Positions 1 to 10,113 of a stretch of DNA of 64,000 bases are shown here, in pieces (positions within the stretch are counted from its first letter, which is position 1; the number at the start of each line of letters is the position of its first letter). Made by a program: the position numbers and the translations under genes. The DNA is from an uncultured Planctomycetia bacterium (GTDB taxonomy: Bacteria; Omnitrophota; Gorgyraeia; 1-14-0-20-64-10): NCBI GenBank assembly GCA_964597545.1, contig CAZQXN010000009.1, forward strand, positions 16 to 64,015, written 5' to 3'. The notes beneath the pieces are model-generated. The model was not told the DNA's origin and ran no database searches. It saw only the letters and a program-made list of their open reading frames with translations.

Positions 1-303
1 ATTAAACTCACTGTGCTCATCAACCCAAAGGTGCGCCCCCTCAGCAGGAGAAAGGCTTTAGATTGGGAGGGGTGCCTTTCGGTGGAGAATCTGCGGGGCC
101 AGGTTCCGCGCTGGAAATCCATAGAGGTTCGGGCTTATAATGCTCAAGGTAAGCTGGTGCGCTTTAAGGCGAGTGATTTCTTTGCCCGGGTGATCCAGCA
201 TGAGTGTGATCATCTTCAGGGCAGGTTATTCATCGATCGAATGAAGGATTTCTCGACCCTCACGCACTTAGAGGAGTTTACGAGGTATTGGGAGCATGGT
301 TAA
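1..303 (+). CDS. def: peptide deformylase, C-terminal part (5' end lies outside the window)
   Basis: Open frame from position 1; the translation contains the EGCLSV and QHECDHLQG metal-binding motifs of peptide deformylase. Confidence 0.85.
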   Translation: MKLTVLINPKVRPLSRRKALDWEGCLSVENLRGQVPRWKSIEVRAYNAQGKLVRFKASDFFARVIQHECDHLQGRLFIDRMKDFSTLTHLEEFTRYWEHG

Positions 304-694
304 GGTAGAGAAACAGCTTTCGATCTTCCTGGAGAATCGACCAGGTGGTTTGGCCCGGATCTGCGGCACTCTGGCAGAGGCCGGCATCAACATCGTGGCA
401 CTGACGGTTCACGACACGGTAGACCACGCCATTGTGCGCCTTTTGGCCGATCGACCGGTCAAGGGCCTCTTGATCCTCGAGCAGTTGGGGCTCTATATCT
501 TAGAAAGTGATGTTGTGGTGATGGAGCTGGACAATCGCCCCGGTACCCTCGCTGAAATTGCCCGAAAGCTTGCCCGCGCTGATATCAACATCGAATACGC
601 CTACTGCACTGCCACTGACCACCAGGGACTTGGCGCCCTGGTCTTAAAGACCGACGAACCTGACCGCACCCTCGAGCTGCTCAACGAAGGTTGA
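296..694 (+). CDS. ACT domain-containing protein (two ACT-like halves)
   Basis: 132 aa with a duplicated GxLARI/GTLAEIA beta-alpha-beta-beta-alpha-beta pattern typical of ACT regulatory domains; overlaps the def 3' end by 8 nt. Confidence 0.55.
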   Translation: MVKVEKQLSIFLENRPGGLARICGTLAEAGINIVALTVHDTVDHAIVRLLADRPVKGLLILEQLGLYILESDVVVMELDNRPGTLAEIARKLARADINIEYAYCTATDHQGLGALVLKTDEPDRTLELLNEG

Positions 695-766
695 CCCCGC
701 TGACCTAGGTATCCTCTTTGCACCGCTGGTGGCGGCGTAATTCCCCTCCCCCCAAAACCTAAGATC

Positions 767-807
767 GGTACCGGGTACAAACTGCCAAAATAAGTGTACC
801 CGGTACC
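767..807. repeat. palindromic element copy A: GGTACCGGGTACA-N15-TGTACCCGGTACC
   Basis: Perfect 13-bp inverted arms read directly in the sequence, about 30 bp upstream of cstA. Confidence 0.6.
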
Positions 808-839
808 AAGTGTGCGGATTCTTTTGTACAATGCTTTGC

Positions 840-2489
840 ATGAGTTCTGTTGTTGTTCTGCTGGGAGCACTCCTCATCTTTTCGGCCGGCTATCGCTGGT
901 ACGGCCAAAGGCTTGCCCGGTACTTCGGGGTGGATCCCTCTAAGCCCACTCCAGCCCACACCAAGGAAGACGGTCGCGACTTTGTTCCGGCCCGCAGCTG
1001 GTGGGTCCTCTTTGGCCATCACTTCTCTTCGATCTGCGGGGCAGGGCCCATCGTGGGGCCGGTGCTGGCGGTTGCCTTCTGGGGTTGGGGGCCGTCCATT
1101 CTGTGGGTTTTGGTGGGATCGGTCCTGATGGGGGCGGTTTCAGATTTCTCCAGCCTTTTTGTCTCGGTGCGTGCAGGCGGCGAGTCCATTCCTGAGGTTG
1201 CCCGACCAGAGATCTCCCCCAGGGCGCGCTTACTGTTCTCTGCCTTTATCTGGCTTTCTTTGGTTCTGGTGATTGCGGTTTTTGCCATCTTTGCTGCCAA
1301 GACCTATATCCAGGTGGCCGAGGCTGTCCTGCCATCTTGGGGATTGATTCCGGTGGCCCTGTTGACCGGCTGGCTCCTCTACCGCAGAGCATGGCCCACC
1401 TGGCTGGCGACCTTGGTTGGATTAGGCGGTTTGGCCGCCCTTTTGGTGGCCGGCAAAGCTTTTCCTGTGAATTTGCCTGAAATCCCAGGGCTTACTCCTC
1501 AGAACGCGTGGATTCTACTGCTGTTGGCCTATGCTTTCTTGGCATCGGTAATGCCGGTCAACATTCTTTTGCAGCCCAGGGATTATCTGGCAAGCTTTCT
1601 GCTCTTATCTGCGATCGGGATCGGGGTGGTTTCAGTTTTGGTGAGCCGTCCTACCATGGATCCGGTTTTGCTCCATTCTTTGAGGCCCCAAGAGTGGGAA
1701 GCGGCCGGGCCCCTCTGGCCCATGCTCTTTGTGACCATTGCCTGCGGCGCGATCTCCGGGTTCCATGCGTTGGTTTCCTCTGGGACGACCTGTAAGCAGT
1801 TGGGTTCTGAGGCCCATGCCTGCCGCATCGGCTACGGCGGGATGTTGATGGAGGGGTTGGTGGGTGTTTTAGTGGTGATTTGTGTGGCAGCAGCCCTCTC
1901 AAGGACAGAGCTCATTACGCTGCTCAAGTCAGGTGGGCCGATCTCTGCCTTTAGCGGTGGCTATGGCAAGCTCTCTTTTGCTTTCCTAGGAACTTTTGGA
2001 GCTGCTTTTGCGGTGATGGCCCTCAATGCCTTTATCCTGACCACCCTGGATACGGCCACCCGAATTGGGCGGTATTTGACCGGTGAGCTCTTTGGGATCC
2101 GCTCAATTTACGGCTCAACGCTGCTGGTCGTGGTTGCGGCGGGATGGCTGGCCCTTACCGGGCAGTGGACTCGAATCTGGCCGGCCTTTGGCGCTTCCAA
2201 TCAGTTGGTAGCCGGGTTGGCCCTTTTGGTGGTTTCCTGCTGGATGATTCGGCGTGGGCGGCCGGCAAGATTCACACTGATACCGGCGCTGATCATGTTG
2301 GTGACCACCCTGGCAGCCTTTGGGTATCAATTGGCGAGTGCTTTGTCCAGGCGCAATGCGGATACAGGGATTCTCGAGCCGGATTACTTTCTTTCGGGGG
2401 TGGTGGTGGTTTTGATGGTGCTGGCTGCGGTGGTTTTTATTGAGGCTTTAAAGGTACTGCGGGAGAAGCCGCAAGCAGCTCTTCCCTAA
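840..2489 (+). CDS. cstA: carbon starvation protein A (CstA family transporter)
   Basis: The LFGHHFSSICGAGPIVGPVLA motif matches the CstA signature; polytopic membrane protein. Alternative in-frame starts lie at 810 (GTG) and 831. Confidence 0.85.
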   Translation: MSSVVVLLGALLIFSAGYRWYGQRLARYFGVDPSKPTPAHTKEDGRDFVPARSWWVLFGHHFSSICGAGPIVGPVLAVAFWGWGPSILWVLVGSVLMGAVSDFSSLFVSVRAGGESIPEVARPEISPRARLLFSAFIWLSLVLVIAVFAIFAAKTYIQVAEAVLPSWGLIPVALLTGWLLYRRAWPTWLATLVGLGGLAALLVAGKAFPVNLPEIPGLTPQNAWILLLLAYAFLASVMPVNILLQPRDYLASFLLLSAIGIGVVSVLVSRPTMDPVLLHSLRPQEWEAAGPLWPMLFVTIACGAISGFHALVSSGTTCKQLGSEAHACRIGYGGMLMEGLVGVLVVICVAAALSRTELITLLKSGGPISAFSGGYGKLSFAFLGTFGAAFAVMALNAFILTTLDTATRIGRYLTGELFGIRSIYGSTLLVVVAAGWLALTGQWTRIWPAFGASNQLVAGLALLVVSCWMIRRGRPARFTLIPALIMLVTTLAAFGYQLASALSRRNADTGILEPDYFLSGVVVVLMVLAAVVFIEALKVLREKPQAALP

Positions 2490-3012
2490 GCGTTTCAGCT
2501 TTCTTTGCCCCGACCAAAATCCCTACAAGGGTCAACGCAAACTCCATGGCCGTGCCCGGTCCGCGAGAAGTGATGATCTTCTTGTCTACCACTACCCGTT
2601 CTTCGCTGTAGCGGGCGACCTGGTTCACCCCTGAGCGGACCGAAGGGTGGCTCGTAGCCCGCCTGTCTCTGATGAAACCGTTTGCGGCCAGCAGGGCGGG
2701 GGCGGCACAGATGGCAGCGATGTACTTGTCCTGCCGTGCGAATTCTTCCAGCAGAGACAGAAAATCGGGATACCTCTGGAGATGCTCCACCCCTTTGGTG
2801 CCTCCAGGCAGGGCAATCATGTCAAAGAGGACAGGGTCTGCTTCATTCAGCAGGCAGTCGGCCATCATGTGGATGCCGTGGGAGCCTTCCAGAGACCCAG
2901 AGGCGGTACCCGCAACCGTTACACCCACCTCAGCCCGACGCAGTACGTCAATGAGGGTAACCGTCTCAATCTCCTCAAACCCCGGAGCCAGAGGAACCAG
3001 AACCCGTTTCAT
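2437..3012 (-). CDS. DJ-1/PfpI family protein
   Basis: 191 aa with the DJ-1/ThiJ fold pattern (IAAICAAPALL nucleophile-elbow region); convergent with cstA and overlaps its 3' end by 53 nt. Confidence 0.7.
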   Translation of the reverse strand: MKRVLVPLAPGFEEIETVTLIDVLRRAEVGVTVAGTASGSLEGSHGIHMMADCLLNEADPVLFDMIALPGGTKGVEHLQRYPDFLSLLEEFARQDKYIAAICAAPALLAANGFIRDRRATSHPSVRSGVNQVARYSEERVVVDKKIITSRGPGTAMEFALTLVGILVGAKKAETLREELLAASPAVPLKPQ

Positions 3013-3045
3013 GGGGACATTTTACCATGTGTTAGAATAAGGGTC

Positions 3046-4401
3046 ATGCCAACTCGAAAAACCATTCGATTTAAGAAAACTGAGAAATACCAGGCAGCTG
3101 TCGGCATTGTCCGCCTCCTCTATGAGGCAAGACATGAGGCCTACTTGGTGGGGGGGTGCGTCCGGGATCTGCTGATGAAGCGGACCCCTCAAGATTTTGA
3201 TGTAGCCACCTCAGCTAAGCCTGAGGAGGTCAGCCGCCTCTTCAGGCGGACGATCCCGGTAGGGGTGAAGTTTGGTGTGCAGTTGGTGCTGGTCAAGGGG
3301 GTTCCCTATGAGGTGGCGACTTTCCGGACGGATCAGGCGTACAAGGACGGCCGCCGTCCCGAGGGGGTGATCTTCTCCAACCCCAAGGAGGATGCCCTTC
3401 GACGAGATTTTACAGTAAACTCCCTCTTCTTTGATCCGAAAAAGAATCGCGTGATCGATTTCTGTTCAGGGCAGAAAGATTTAGATGCTCGCGTCATCCG
3501 GGCAATCGGCGAACCGCGCCGCCGCTTCTCAGAGGATCGCTTAAGGATGCTGCGCGCAGTCCGCTTTGCAGCGACCCTAGAATTTACCATTGAGCCCAAG
3601 ACCTTCCGGGCCATCCAGAAGGAGGCCAGGGCAATCACCGAGGTGAGCCTTGAGCGCATCCGGGATGAATTGGTGAAGCTCTTTACCGGACCCCATCCCG
3701 GCAAAGGCCTAGCACTTTTGGACGCAAGCGGTTTATTGCCATATATTCTGCCTGAGGTATCCAAGATGAAGGGGGTGCAGCAGCCGCCGGAGTTCCATCC
3801 GGAGGGGGATGTCTTTGTGCATACCAAACTCCTCCTGGACAAGCTCCCCAGCACCTCTGCGGTGTTGATCTTTGGAGCACTGCTGCACGATGTGGGCAAG
3901 CCTCCGACCTTTAAGGTGAAGGAGCGGATTCGTTTTGACGGTCATGACGTGGTCGGTAAGCGCATGGCAGAGAAGATCTGCCGACGCCTGCACTTTTCCA
4001 ATGCCGAGGGACAGGCCATTGTCGAGATTGTCGGCAACCACATGCGTTTTAAGGATGTCAAACTGATGCGCATGTCCACCCTTAAGCGGTTCTTGGCACG
4101 GCCGACCCTTGCCGAGGAGATGAAGCTTCACCGGGCGGACTGCCAAGTCAGCCACGGGGATCTCAGCAATTGGAGGTTCCTGCGCAGAAAGCAGAAGGAG
4201 TTTTCCATTCGGGAGATACGGCCCAAGCCCCTGTTGCGCGGCCAGGATCTGTTGGCATTGGGTTTTCAGACCAGCCCTTTGATTGGTGTGATCTTAAAGG
4301 CTGTTGAGGAGCGCCAACTGGAGGGGGAGTTGACCGCTAAGGCTCAAGCCCTCGCTTGGGTTAAGGAATCTTTTTCGCCGGGAAAGAGAGATATCCGATG
4401 A
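3046..4401 (+). CDS. cca: CCA-adding tRNA nucleotidyltransferase / poly(A) polymerase family with HD domain
   Basis: GGCVRDLLMKRTPQDFDVATSA nucleotidyltransferase head, RRDFTVNSLFFDP, and an HD motif (LHDVGK). The upstream extension of the ORF to 2647 overlaps the opposite-strand gene and was discarded. Confidence 0.8.
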   Translation: MPTRKTIRFKKTEKYQAAVGIVRLLYEARHEAYLVGGCVRDLLMKRTPQDFDVATSAKPEEVSRLFRRTIPVGVKFGVQLVLVKGVPYEVATFRTDQAYKDGRRPEGVIFSNPKEDALRRDFTVNSLFFDPKKNRVIDFCSGQKDLDARVIRAIGEPRRRFSEDRLRMLRAVRFAATLEFTIEPKTFRAIQKEARAITEVSLERIRDELVKLFTGPHPGKGLALLDASGLLPYILPEVSKMKGVQQPPEFHPEGDVFVHTKLLLDKLPSTSAVLIFGALLHDVGKPPTFKVKERIRFDGHDVVGKRMAEKICRRLHFSNAEGQAIVEIVGNHMRFKDVKLMRMSTLKRFLARPTLAEEMKLHRADCQVSHGDLSNWRFLRRKQKEFSIREIRPKPLLRGQDLLALGFQTSPLIGVILKAVEERQLEGELTAKAQALAWVKESFSPGKRDIR

Positions 4402-5189
4402 CGCCGAGCCCGGCCAGACCCGAGCGCCGCCCACTGATCATAGAGGTGATCGGATCCGTCCTTGCCTGGATCATGATCATAGTAGTCACCTTTATCGCGG
4501 CAGCGGTCATGGCCCTGATTTATGTTTTCACTAGGGGTTTTGATCCGCACCGCCGGCGTTGCCACCAGGTTGCTCACTGGTGGGGCAAATCATTGATTAA
4601 GCTCAACCCCACCCACCAGGTCTATGTCCATGGCCGGGAAAATATCCCCAAGGACCGGTCCGTGATCTTTATGGCAAATCACCAAAGCTACTCGGATATT
4701 CCTGTCATCTACTTTATTAATCAGGATTTCAGATGGCTGGCAAACCAGGAGTTGTTTCGCACTCCTCCGGTTGGTTGGTGCATGGGGATGGCCGGCTATG
4801 TCCCGGTTCGCCGAGGCAATCCTAAAGCGGCCAAGCGGACCGCCGAGCAGGTTCGCTCCTGGCTGGGAAAGGGTGTCTCTGTCTTTGTTTTTCCGGAAGG
4901 GACCCGTTCCCGCGTGGGGGCGTTCGGTAAATTTCTCATGGGTGGATTCCGGCTGGCGGTGACGACCGGAACCCCGATTGTTCCGGTGGTGTTAGTGGGG
5001 ACCCGGCAGCTGTTGCCCCGGGGTGGGTGGATTTTCCGAATGGGGGCAAAGCCCCAGATCCATCTCCTGCCGCCTATTGCCCCGGAATCCTCTGACTTGA
5101 AGGAGGTGCGCTTCTTGGCGAGAAAGGTGAGGGGTGCAATGGTTCAGGTTTATCGCAAGTATTTAAAGGAGGCGCGGCGCAGTGTCTAA
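4398..5189 (+). CDS. plsC: 1-acyl-sn-glycerol-3-phosphate acyltransferase
   Basis: NHQSYSD and FPEGTRS acyltransferase motifs; N-terminal TM segment. Confidence 0.8.
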   Translation: MTPSPARPERRPLIIEVIGSVLAWIMIIVVTFIAAAVMALIYVFTRGFDPHRRRCHQVAHWWGKSLIKLNPTHQVYVHGRENIPKDRSVIFMANHQSYSDIPVIYFINQDFRWLANQELFRTPPVGWCMGMAGYVPVRRGNPKAAKRTAEQVRSWLGKGVSVFVFPEGTRSRVGAFGKFLMGGFRLAVTTGTPIVPVVLVGTRQLLPRGGWIFRMGAKPQIHLLPPIAPESSDLKEVRFLARKVRGAMVQVYRKYLKEARRSV

Positions 5190-6312
5190 GGGATGTACAG
5201 CTGCGCTCATGGTGGCGGCCAGCCAAAACAGCGCAGATCTCTTCTATGCCACGCGCTTTAGGGCGCCGGACCCCTTTATCTATGTTGAGATTGCAGGTAA
5301 AAAGATTCTGGTACTGTCTGACCTGGAGATTGATCGAGCCAAGAAGGAGGCTCGGGCCGATGAAATCCTTTCCCTCTCCAAGATTCAGGCGGTGTTGAGC
5401 AAGGGGGATCTTCCACGGGCCGGAACCTTAGAGGTGATCGACCACCTCTTTAAGGAGCGGGGCGTTACCTCGGTGCGGGTGCCGAGCGCCTTCCCGGTGT
5501 CCCTGGCTGACCGCCTGCGCAAAAAGAAATATGCCCTCAAGGTCATTGAGGAGCCCTTCTTTCCTGACCGGATGATCAAGGCCCCTGATGAGGTGGAATC
5601 GATTCGACAGACCCTGCGCAAGGCAGAGTCGGCCCTGGAGGGTGCCTTGGAGTTTATCGGGAGTGCGGAGATTCGAAAAGAGGAGCTGTGGGTTGAGGGT
5701 GAACCGTTAACCTCAGAGTTGGTGCGCCGGCGCATGCAAATTGCCCTCTTGAATGAGGGGTATTGGGCCCGTGAGGTCATTGTGGCCGGCGGCGCGCAGG
5801 CTTGCGATCCTCACAACACAGGCTCCGGAGCCCTTAGGGCCCATTGGCCGATCATCCTGGACCTGTTTCCAGTTTCCCTGGAGAGCGGTTATTGCGCTGA
5901 TATAAGCCGGACTGTTGTTAAGGGTAAGTCTTCCGAGAAGGTCAAGCGGATGTACCAGGCGGTCCAGCAGGGGCAGGAGCTTGCTTTCATGCAATTGAAA
6001 GACGGCATTGACGGACGCGTGGTGCACCAGGCCATACTGGACCATTTTGAGGCTCAGGGATTCCCGACGCGGGAAGAACAGGGCCGGATGGTCGGTTTCT
6101 TCCATGGGACCGGCCATGGGTTGGGGCTGGAGGTGCATGAGCCTCCCCGCATCAGTCCCGTAGAGGAGGCCCTTAAGGCTGGGCAGGTGGTTACAGTGGA
6201 GCCCGGCCTCTACTATCCTGACGCCGGCGGCATCCGGCTAGAGGATGACGTGTTGATTACCGAGACCGGCTGCGAGAACCTGACTGTCCTGCCGAAATTC
6301 CTGGAGCTATAA
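5182..6312 (+). CDS. Xaa-Pro aminopeptidase / M24 family metallopeptidase
   Basis: Creatinase-like N-domain followed by M24 metal ligands (HGTGHGLGLEVHE, VEPGLY). Confidence 0.8.
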   Translation: MSKGCTAALMVAASQNSADLFYATRFRAPDPFIYVEIAGKKILVLSDLEIDRAKKEARADEILSLSKIQAVLSKGDLPRAGTLEVIDHLFKERGVTSVRVPSAFPVSLADRLRKKKYALKVIEEPFFPDRMIKAPDEVESIRQTLRKAESALEGALEFIGSAEIRKEELWVEGEPLTSELVRRRMQIALLNEGYWAREVIVAGGAQACDPHNTGSGALRAHWPIILDLFPVSLESGYCADISRTVVKGKSSEKVKRMYQAVQQGQELAFMQLKDGIDGRVVHQAILDHFEAQGFPTREEQGRMVGFFHGTGHGLGLEVHEPPRISPVEEALKAGQVVTVEPGLYYPDAGGIRLEDDVLITETGCENLTVLPKFLEL

Positions 6313-6315
6313 CCC

Positions 6316-6366
6316 GGTACCGGGTACAGTTTTCAACAAGCGGTGTTAATAAGTGTACCCGGTACC
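6316..6366. repeat. palindromic element copy B: GGTACCGGGTACA-N25-TGTACCCGGTACC, followed by a T-tract and an extra GGGTACCGG half-site
   Basis: Read directly; sits between the convergent 3' ends of the M24 peptidase (+) and leuD (-). Confidence 0.6.
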
Positions 6367-6394
6367 AGTTTTGGGTACCGGTGTTGGGGTTGCT

Positions 6395-6997
6395 TTAGCG
6401 CTGGGGGCTGTGCTTGGCTTCAAAGGCGGTGATGACCGCCTCTTGTTTCAGAGTCACAGCGATGGGGTCGAGCCCGCGGACTAAGAGCTCCTTAACGGCC
6501 GGATCGATCTCGAAGCTAAAGACAAGTTCCTCATCCAGGTGCAGGGTGACCCGCTGGTGATCCAGAGCCACCGTGGCCTCTAGCCCCTGGGTGCGTCCTA
6601 CCCTCTGAAAGATTTCATCTACCTCAGCTTCTTCTAGCGTTACCGTCAGCAGCCCATTCTTGGCGCTGTTGTTGCGGAAGATGTCAGCAAAGCTTGGTGC
6701 AATGACCACACGGAAACCCGCCTGCTGAACTGCCCAGACGGCGTGCTCCCGAGAGGAGCCGCAGCCAAAGTTGTTCCGGACCACCAGAATGGAGGCTCCC
6801 TTAAAGCGCGGAAGGTTCAACGCAAACTCCGGATTGGGTTTGCCCTTTGAAAGCTTCGCCCAGTCATAGAAGAGGGATTTTCCAAAACCGGTCTTCTTGA
6901 TCGATTTTAAGAACTGCTTGGGGATAATCTGGTCGGTATCCACATTGGACCGGTCTAGGGTAACCACGAGGCCGCGGTGGCTCTTAAAGGGCTTCAT
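6395..6997 (-). CDS. leuD: 3-isopropylmalate dehydratase small subunit
   Basis: 200 aa of LeuD/aconitase swivel-domain sequence; its start overlaps the leuC stop (ATGA). Confidence 0.9.
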   Translation of the reverse strand: MKPFKSHRGLVVTLDRSNVDTDQIIPKQFLKSIKKTGFGKSLFYDWAKLSKGKPNPEFALNLPRFKGASILVVRNNFGCGSSREHAVWAVQQAGFRVVIAPSFADIFRNNSAKNGLLTVTLEEAEVDEIFQRVGRTQGLEATVALDHQRVTLHLDEELVFSFEIDPAVKELLVRGLDPIAVTLKQEAVITAFEAKHSPQR

Positions 6998-8403
6998 CGG
7001 TTCTTACCCCATTTGCGGATGTCCACAAAGTGTCCTTCCACAGCTGCCGCTGCCGCCATCTCAGGGGAGACCAAGTGAGTTCTTCCTCCCTTGCCCTGGC
7101 GGCCTTCGAAGTTGCGGTTAGAAGTAGAGGCGCAGCGCTCCCCGGGTTTCAGCTGGTCTGGGTTCATCCCTAAGCACATGCTGCAGCCCGAGTGTCTCCA
7201 GTCAGCTCCAGCACTCTTAAAGATCTTGTCCAATCCCTCTGCTTGCGCTTGGGCGCGCACAGGCTCTGAGCCGGGGACCACCAGGACCTTAACACCGGGG
7301 GCAATCTTGTGTCCTTTAAGCATTTGTGCGGCGGCCCTTAAATCCTCGATGCGGCCGTTGGTGCAGCTGCCGATGAAGACGGTGTTGATTCTAATCTGTT
7401 CCATTGGGGTGCCTGGAGTCAGCCCCATGTAGCTCAGCGCCTGCTCCACGTCCTTGCGGCTGTAGCCGGGAACCTTTCCTGGGTCAGGGACGCGGCCTGC
7501 GACATCGATTACCATCCCAGGGCTTGTTCCCCAGGTAATCTGAGGAGCGATCTCGAAGGCATCCAGGGTGACGGTTTTATCGAATAGGGCGTTCGAATCG
7601 CTGGGCAGCGTGCGCCAAAAGGCGAGCGCCTTCTCCAGAGCTGCACCCTTGGGCGCAAAGGGACGATCTCCAGAGGCGATGTATTCGAAGGTGGTCTCGT
7701 CAGGGGCGATCATGCCGGCACGGGCTCCAGCCTCAATCGACATGTTGCAGATGGTGGTTCTTGCCTCCATGGAGAGGGCGCGAATTGCAGAACCGGCATA
7801 CTCCAGGACATGACCGGTGCCGCCGGCCGCTCCAATGGTGCCGATGAGCTTTAAGATCATGTCCTTGGCCGTGACGCCAGGGGAGAGGGAGCCGGTAAAT
7901 TCTACCCGAAAAGTCTTAGGCTTGGTTTGAGTCAGGCACTGGGTGGCCAGGACGTGCTCTACCTCAGAGGTTCCAATCCCAAAGGCCAAAGCTCCGAAGG
8001 CACCGTGCGTAGAAGTATGGGAATCCCCGCAGACCAGGGTGATGCCGGGCAGGGTCAGTCCCAGCTCAGGGCCGATGATGTGGACAACGCCCTGACGGTC
8101 GCTGGATAGGCCATAAAGCGTAATGCCAAAATCCCGACAGTTCTTCTCCAGGGCCTCGATCTGGGCGCGGGAGGTCAAATCACGAATGTTGACCCGGTCA
8201 TCGGTCGGAACGTTGTGGTCCATTGTCGCAAAGGTGAGCTCCGGTTTGCGGACACCCCTTTTATTCAGGCGCAGCCCTTCAAAGGCCTGAGGGGAGGTCA
8301 CCTCATGGACCAGGTGGCGGTCGATGTAGAGCAGGGTCCCTCCGCCGGGCTGGACCGCCACTGCGTGGGCCTGCCAGATCTTTTCAAACAGGGTTTTCGG
8401 CAT
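6994..8403 (-). CDS. leuC: 3-isopropylmalate dehydratase large subunit
   Basis: Aconitase-family large subunit; N-terminus [15 protein letters not shown] parallels E. coli LeuC. The start was chosen at the internal ATG (8403), since the longer ORF runs to 8535. Confidence 0.9.
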   Translation of the reverse strand: MPKTLFEKIWQAHAVAVQPGGGTLLYIDRHLVHEVTSPQAFEGLRLNKRGVRKPELTFATMDHNVPTDDRVNIRDLTSRAQIEALEKNCRDFGITLYGLSSDRQGVVHIIGPELGLTLPGITLVCGDSHTSTHGAFGALAFGIGTSEVEHVLATQCLTQTKPKTFRVEFTGSLSPGVTAKDMILKLIGTIGAAGGTGHVLEYAGSAIRALSMEARTTICNMSIEAGARAGMIAPDETTFEYIASGDRPFAPKGAALEKALAFWRTLPSDSNALFDKTVTLDAFEIAPQITWGTSPGMVIDVAGRVPDPGKVPGYSRKDVEQALSYMGLTPGTPMEQIRINTVFIGSCTNGRIEDLRAAAQMLKGHKIAPGVKVLVVPGSEPVRAQAQAEGLDKIFKSAGADWRHSGCSMCLGMNPDQLKPGERCASTSNRNFEGRQGKGGRTHLVSPEMAAAAAVEGHFVDIRKWGKNR

Positions 8404-8887
8404 TCTTCTTCTCAAAGGTGAGAAAGCTGTAGGGATAAGGGTTATCTGCATCTGCTTGACAATCCTTCCGCGAGGTCTCCTGCCAGAGTTCCTTGTCCAA
8501 ATCAAAGAGCAGGGTGTCCCCCTCAAACTCCTCATGGATCTGGGTCAGATAAATCTTGTGGGCCATGGGAAGGGTTTGCTGATAGATGCTGGCGCCGCCG
8601 ATCACAAAGATCTCGGGTGCTTCGCTGCAAAGCTGAAGCCCCTCGGACAGAGAGCCGGCGATCAGACAATCCTTGGCTTGAAAATTCTTCTGCCGCGTGA
8701 TCACCACATTTTTGCGTCCGGGCAGGGCTCTGCCGATGGACTCATAGGTCTTGCGGCCCATCACCACCGGATGGCTGAGCGTCATCTCTTTGAAGCGCTT
8801 TAAATCCGCCGGGAGCTTCCAGGGCAGCCGGTTGTTGGCGCCGATGACTCCGTTGGCTGAGGTTGCACAGATCAGTGAAATGCTCAT
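8384..8887 (-). CDS. folA: dihydrofolate reductase
   Basis: ISLI(C)A...NGVIG...LPW...D...VVMGRKT(Y/F)ESIG DHFR signature; 167 aa. Confidence 0.85.
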   Translation of the reverse strand: MSISLICATSANGVIGANNRLPWKLPADLKRFKEMTLSHPVVMGRKTYESIGRALPGRKNVVITRQKNFQAKDCLIAGSLSEGLQLCSEAPEIFVIGGASIYQQTLPMAHKIYLTQIHEEFEGDTLLFDLDKELWQETSRKDCQADADNPYPYSFLTFEKKNAENPV

Positions 8888-8890
8888 GGG

Positions 8891-9685
8891 TCAGACCGCA
8901 ATCTCAGCTCGGATGAGCGGGTGGTGTGTGTAGTTTTCCAGGGCGAAATCCTCGTAGTCGAAGTCAAAGATGGACTGCACCTTTGGGTTTAAGCGCATCT
9001 GGGGCAGAGGATAGGGCTCGCGAGTCAGCTGGAGTTTTGCCTGCTCCAAATGATTGCTGTAGAGATGCGCATCGCCGAAAGTGTGAACAAAGGTTCCGGG
9101 TTTCAGCCCGCAGGTTTGCGCCATCATGAGTGTCAAGAGGGCATAGGAGGCGATGTTGAAGGGGACTCCCAGAAAGACATCGGCTGAACGCTGATAGAGC
9201 TGGCAGGAGAGTTGCCCTTGAGCCACATAGAATTGGAAGAAGCAGTGGCAGGGGGGAAGCTTCATCTTGGGAATCTCCGAGGCATTCCAGGCAGAGACGA
9301 TCAGGCGCCGAGAGTTGGGGTTGGTTTTGATCTGGTCAATGACCTGATTGATTTGATCTATGGCGCCCCCATCAGGGGTGGGCCAACTGCGCCATTGGGC
9401 GCCGTAGATTGGGCCCAGGTTCCCCTGGGCATCGGCCCATTCATTCCATATGGTGACCCCATGGTCATTGAGGTATTGGGTGTTGGTGTCCCCCTTGAGG
9501 AACCAGAGCAGCTCATAGATGACCGATTTCAGATGCACCTTCTTCGTGGTCACCAGGGGGAACCCCTGGGACAGATCAAAGCGCATCTGATGGCCGAAAA
9601 CAGACAAGGTGCCTGTGCCGGTTCGATCGGCCTTCTGGATGCCGCAATCCAGGATATGCTGCATGAGTTCCAGGTAGGTTTTCAT
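8891..9685 (-). CDS. thyA: thymidylate synthase
   Basis: ThyA motifs (YLELMQHIL..., catalytic-Cys region [12 protein letters not shown]); start taken at MKTYLEL. Confidence 0.9.
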   Translation of the reverse strand: MKTYLELMQHILDCGIQKADRTGTGTLSVFGHQMRFDLSQGFPLVTTKKVHLKSVIYELLWFLKGDTNTQYLNDHGVTIWNEWADAQGNLGPIYGAQWRSWPTPDGGAIDQINQVIDQIKTNPNSRRLIVSAWNASEIPKMKLPPCHCFFQFYVAQGQLSCQLYQRSADVFLGVPFNIASYALLTLMMAQTCGLKPGTFVHTFGDAHLYSNHLEQAKLQLTREPYPLPQMRLNPKVQSIFDFDYEDFALENYTHHPLIRAEIAV

Positions 9686-9733
9686 GGGGGATCTATTATA
9701 CACCAAGAGGCCTGTCCCCTTGAGGGGGTGTCA

Positions 9734-9742
9734 TGTTATACT
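9734..9742 (+). promoter_or_regulatory. candidate extended -10 promoter (TGtTATACT) for nuoA
   Basis: TGnTATACT sits 18 nt upstream of the nuoA ATG in the 74-bp divergent thyA/nuoA spacer. Confidence 0.25.
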
Positions 9743-9759
9743 CTCAGTCAACCCCAGTC

Positions 9760-10113
9760 ATGAACGAGTATCTCGGCGTCTTTATTTCCCTAGTTTTTGC
9801 AGCCCTGGTTGCGGGCGGTTTTCTCCTTTTGGCGGCCCTCCTGGGCCCCAAAAAACCTTCTGCGGCCAAGTCAGAACCCTTTGAGTGCGGAAAACCCCCG
9901 TTTCATCTGCCTGCCGGTCGTTTCCCTGTGAAGTTCTATTTGGTTGCCATGCTCTTCCTTCTCTTTGATGTGGAGCTGGTTTTCCTCTTTCCTTGGGCCG
10001 TGGTCTATCGACAGCTCGGTTGGTTTGGTTTCCTGGAGGTGCTGGTCTTCCTGGGAATTGTGGTGATCGGATTTGTTTATGCCTGGAAGAAGGGGGCGCT
10101 GGATTGGGAGTAA
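9760..10113 (+). CDS. nuoA: NADH-quinone oxidoreductase subunit A
   Basis: Small 3-TM protein with the conserved (F/Y)ECG and FLLFDVE(L/V)VFL(F/W)PWA NuoA/ND3 motifs. Confidence 0.9.
   Translation: MNEYLGVFISLVFAALVAGGFLLLAALLGPKKPSAAKSEPFECGKPPFHLPAGRFPVKFYLVAMLFLLFDVELVFLFPWAVVYRQLGWFGFLEVLVFLGIVVIGFVYAWKKGALDWE

Noticed and set aside
2647-3045. N-terminal 133-codon extension of the cca ORF
   Set aside because: It lies entirely antisense to the DJ-1/PfpI gene and has no nucleotidyltransferase homology. The real protein starts at the internal MPTRK... methionine.
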